A stretch of 62,991 bases of DNA, the filler included. It is 11 parts of 11 records of this genome, joined end to end, with 100 filler letters (N's around TTAATTAATTAA, not from the genome) between each part and the next. Parts side by side here need not be neighbours in the genome. Positions count along the whole stretch, not along the records: positions 59,513 to 62,991 come from SRR7504441_1069; 10 more parts are not named here. One strand, 5' to 3'. The translations under genes were made by a program, and so were the position numbers. Within the stretch, counting starts at the first letter, position 1. Every line of letters begins with the position of its first letter. This document shows positions 61,922-62,991 of this stretch, piece after piece. The notes beneath the pieces were generated by a model. The model saw only the letters and a program-made list of their open reading frames with translations. It was not told the DNA's origin and ran no database searches.

Positions 61922-62080
61922 CTATGGTGCCGGGTGAGGGCTCTGGTACGGGGTGGGCGGCGGGAGCAGCTTAGGCCCTCGCCAGGCGATCCGGCCGGTC
62001 GGGTCGTACCACAGGTAGTGAGTCGGCCGCCCCTCCGGGTACGGCACCGGGCTCCAGCCTGGGTACTCCGGGGGCGGCAT
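61922..62080 (-). CDS. 52-aa WW-domain-like microprotein
   Basis: MPPPEYPGWSPVPYPEGRPTHYLWYDPTGRIAWRGPKLLPPPTPYQSPHPAP; TATA-like tract upstream, AATAAA at 61904-61899 downstream. Confidence 0.5.
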   Translation of the reverse strand: MPPPEYPGWSPVPYPEGRPTHYLWYDPTGRIAWRGPKLLPPPTPYQSPHPAP

Positions 62081-62091
62081 CGTGCTCTGGT

Positions 62092-62103
62092 GTTATATAA
62101 ATA
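62092..62103. promoter_or_regulatory. TATA-like AT tract between divergent genes
   Basis: TTATATAAATA in GC-rich context between ATGs at 62080 (-) and 62179 (+). Confidence 0.4.
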
Positions 62104-62178
62104 GCCTGGCGTTGGGCTTGGCATGAACAAATGGCTTGACGTGCGCGAGGAGGCGAAGAGGGCAACCGCCTGGTGGTG

Positions 62179-62991
62179 ATGGGGGGGTCCAAGGTGGAGC
62201 AAGAGAGGGCGGCCGACGAGCTGCAGGTGTTCGGTCTCTGGGTGAACAACAAGCTGCGGGCGGTCAACAAGCCGCCGGCCCCTCTCCCGCTGGTGCAGGC
62301 CTTCCGCCTCACAGACGGCTTGCTGGCCGATCAGCTTCTGCTCGCCTGCCGCGGGCTCCAAGTGGGCTACCGGGCAAGCAGCCACGGGGCCATCTGCCGG
62401 GGCAACATCCAGGCGGCGCTCGACCGGTTCGAGGAGGAGGGCGGCCCCGGGCCGGCTATCTGCCTGGAGGCTCTGTCGGCCGACAACCTGTACAACGGCC
62501 GGGAGGTGATGGTGCTCGGATTCATCTGGCAGCTGATCCGGACCTACGATGGCACCGCCGACGGGCTCAACCGGGACCAGTGGGTGGACCGGGGCCAGCA
62601 GCTGATCGCCGAGGGCCGAGAGCAAATGCTAGGGATGGACAGGCCCAGCCCGTCGGCCCCGGCCGCGGAGCTCATCCGGTGGGCTGAGTCGATCCCGGGG
62701 GCGCTCGAGGACGGGCGGGACGTGACCGTGCTGATCGAGTGGGTGCGTAACCGGCGGGGCGACCCGGACCCGGGCGCTCTGGAGCGGACCGAGCGGCTGG
62801 CGGAGCGGCTGGAGCAGGCCGGGCAGACGGAGCTCGGCCGGGACGTCCGGGTGCTTTGGGAGTGGGTGCACAACAACAAGCCGGAGCACCGACTGAGCGC
62901 CGAGCTGAACCGCGACCTCGAGCAGATCGCCCAGCAGCACAACCATTCCCTCTTGCCGCCACCGCCGCCACCAGCCGCAGTGCAGCCGCCG
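62179..62991 (+). CDS. Calponin-homology (CH1-type) domain protein (3' partial; absent from the ORF track)
   Basis: LQVFGLWVNNKL...LTDGLL...GNIQAALDRF...ADNLYNGREVMVLGFIWQLIRTY. Confidence 0.75.
   Translation, partial: MGGSKVEQERAADELQVFGLWVNNKLRAVNKPPAPLPLVQAFRLTDGLLADQLLLACRGLQVGYRASSHGAICRGNIQAALDRFEEEGGPGPAICLEALSADNLYNGREVMVLGFIWQLIRTYDGTADGLNRDQWVDRGQQLIAEGREQMLGMDRPSPSAPAAELIRWAESIPGALEDGRDVTVLIEWVRNRRGDPDPGALERTERLAERLEQAGQTELGRDVRVLWEWVHNNKPEHRLSAELNRDLEQIAQQHNHSLLPPPPPPAAVQPP

Overview
Eukaryotic (protist-like) nuclear DNA: 11 contig pieces joined by artificial 100-nt linkers (N-run + TTAATTAATTAA + N-run), so adjacency across linkers means nothing. The DNA is GC-rich and gene-dense, with many tiny spliceosomal introns (mostly 36-48 nt, CTGAC/CTGAG/CTCAC-like branch motif, no polypyrimidine tract). 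I assembled the gene models by hand across these introns. Recognisable genes: DDX18/HAS1, PRCC-like, ACBP, dihydropyrimidinase, RPB2, multi-p25alpha (TPPP-like), Ies6-like, ankyrin/EF-hand/Sfi1-repeat, GH36 alpha-galactosidase, YwlE-type LMW phosphatase, divergent actin, FKBP, methyltransferase-MYND, 4-EF-hand protein, Nup133, TVP23, GHL15-like hydrolase, LRR protein, EGF surface protein, SAND-like, TFB1/p62 and a CH-domain protein. Most notable: (1) about 19 GC-AG introns with degenerate donors; (2) two near-identical sister GC-AG introns in one gene; (3) a box C/D snoRNA in an oversized intron; (4) a recurrent TACGAGTA element at gene 3' ends; (5) head-to-head genes only 23-122 bp apart. All family calls come from motif recognition; no database search was run.
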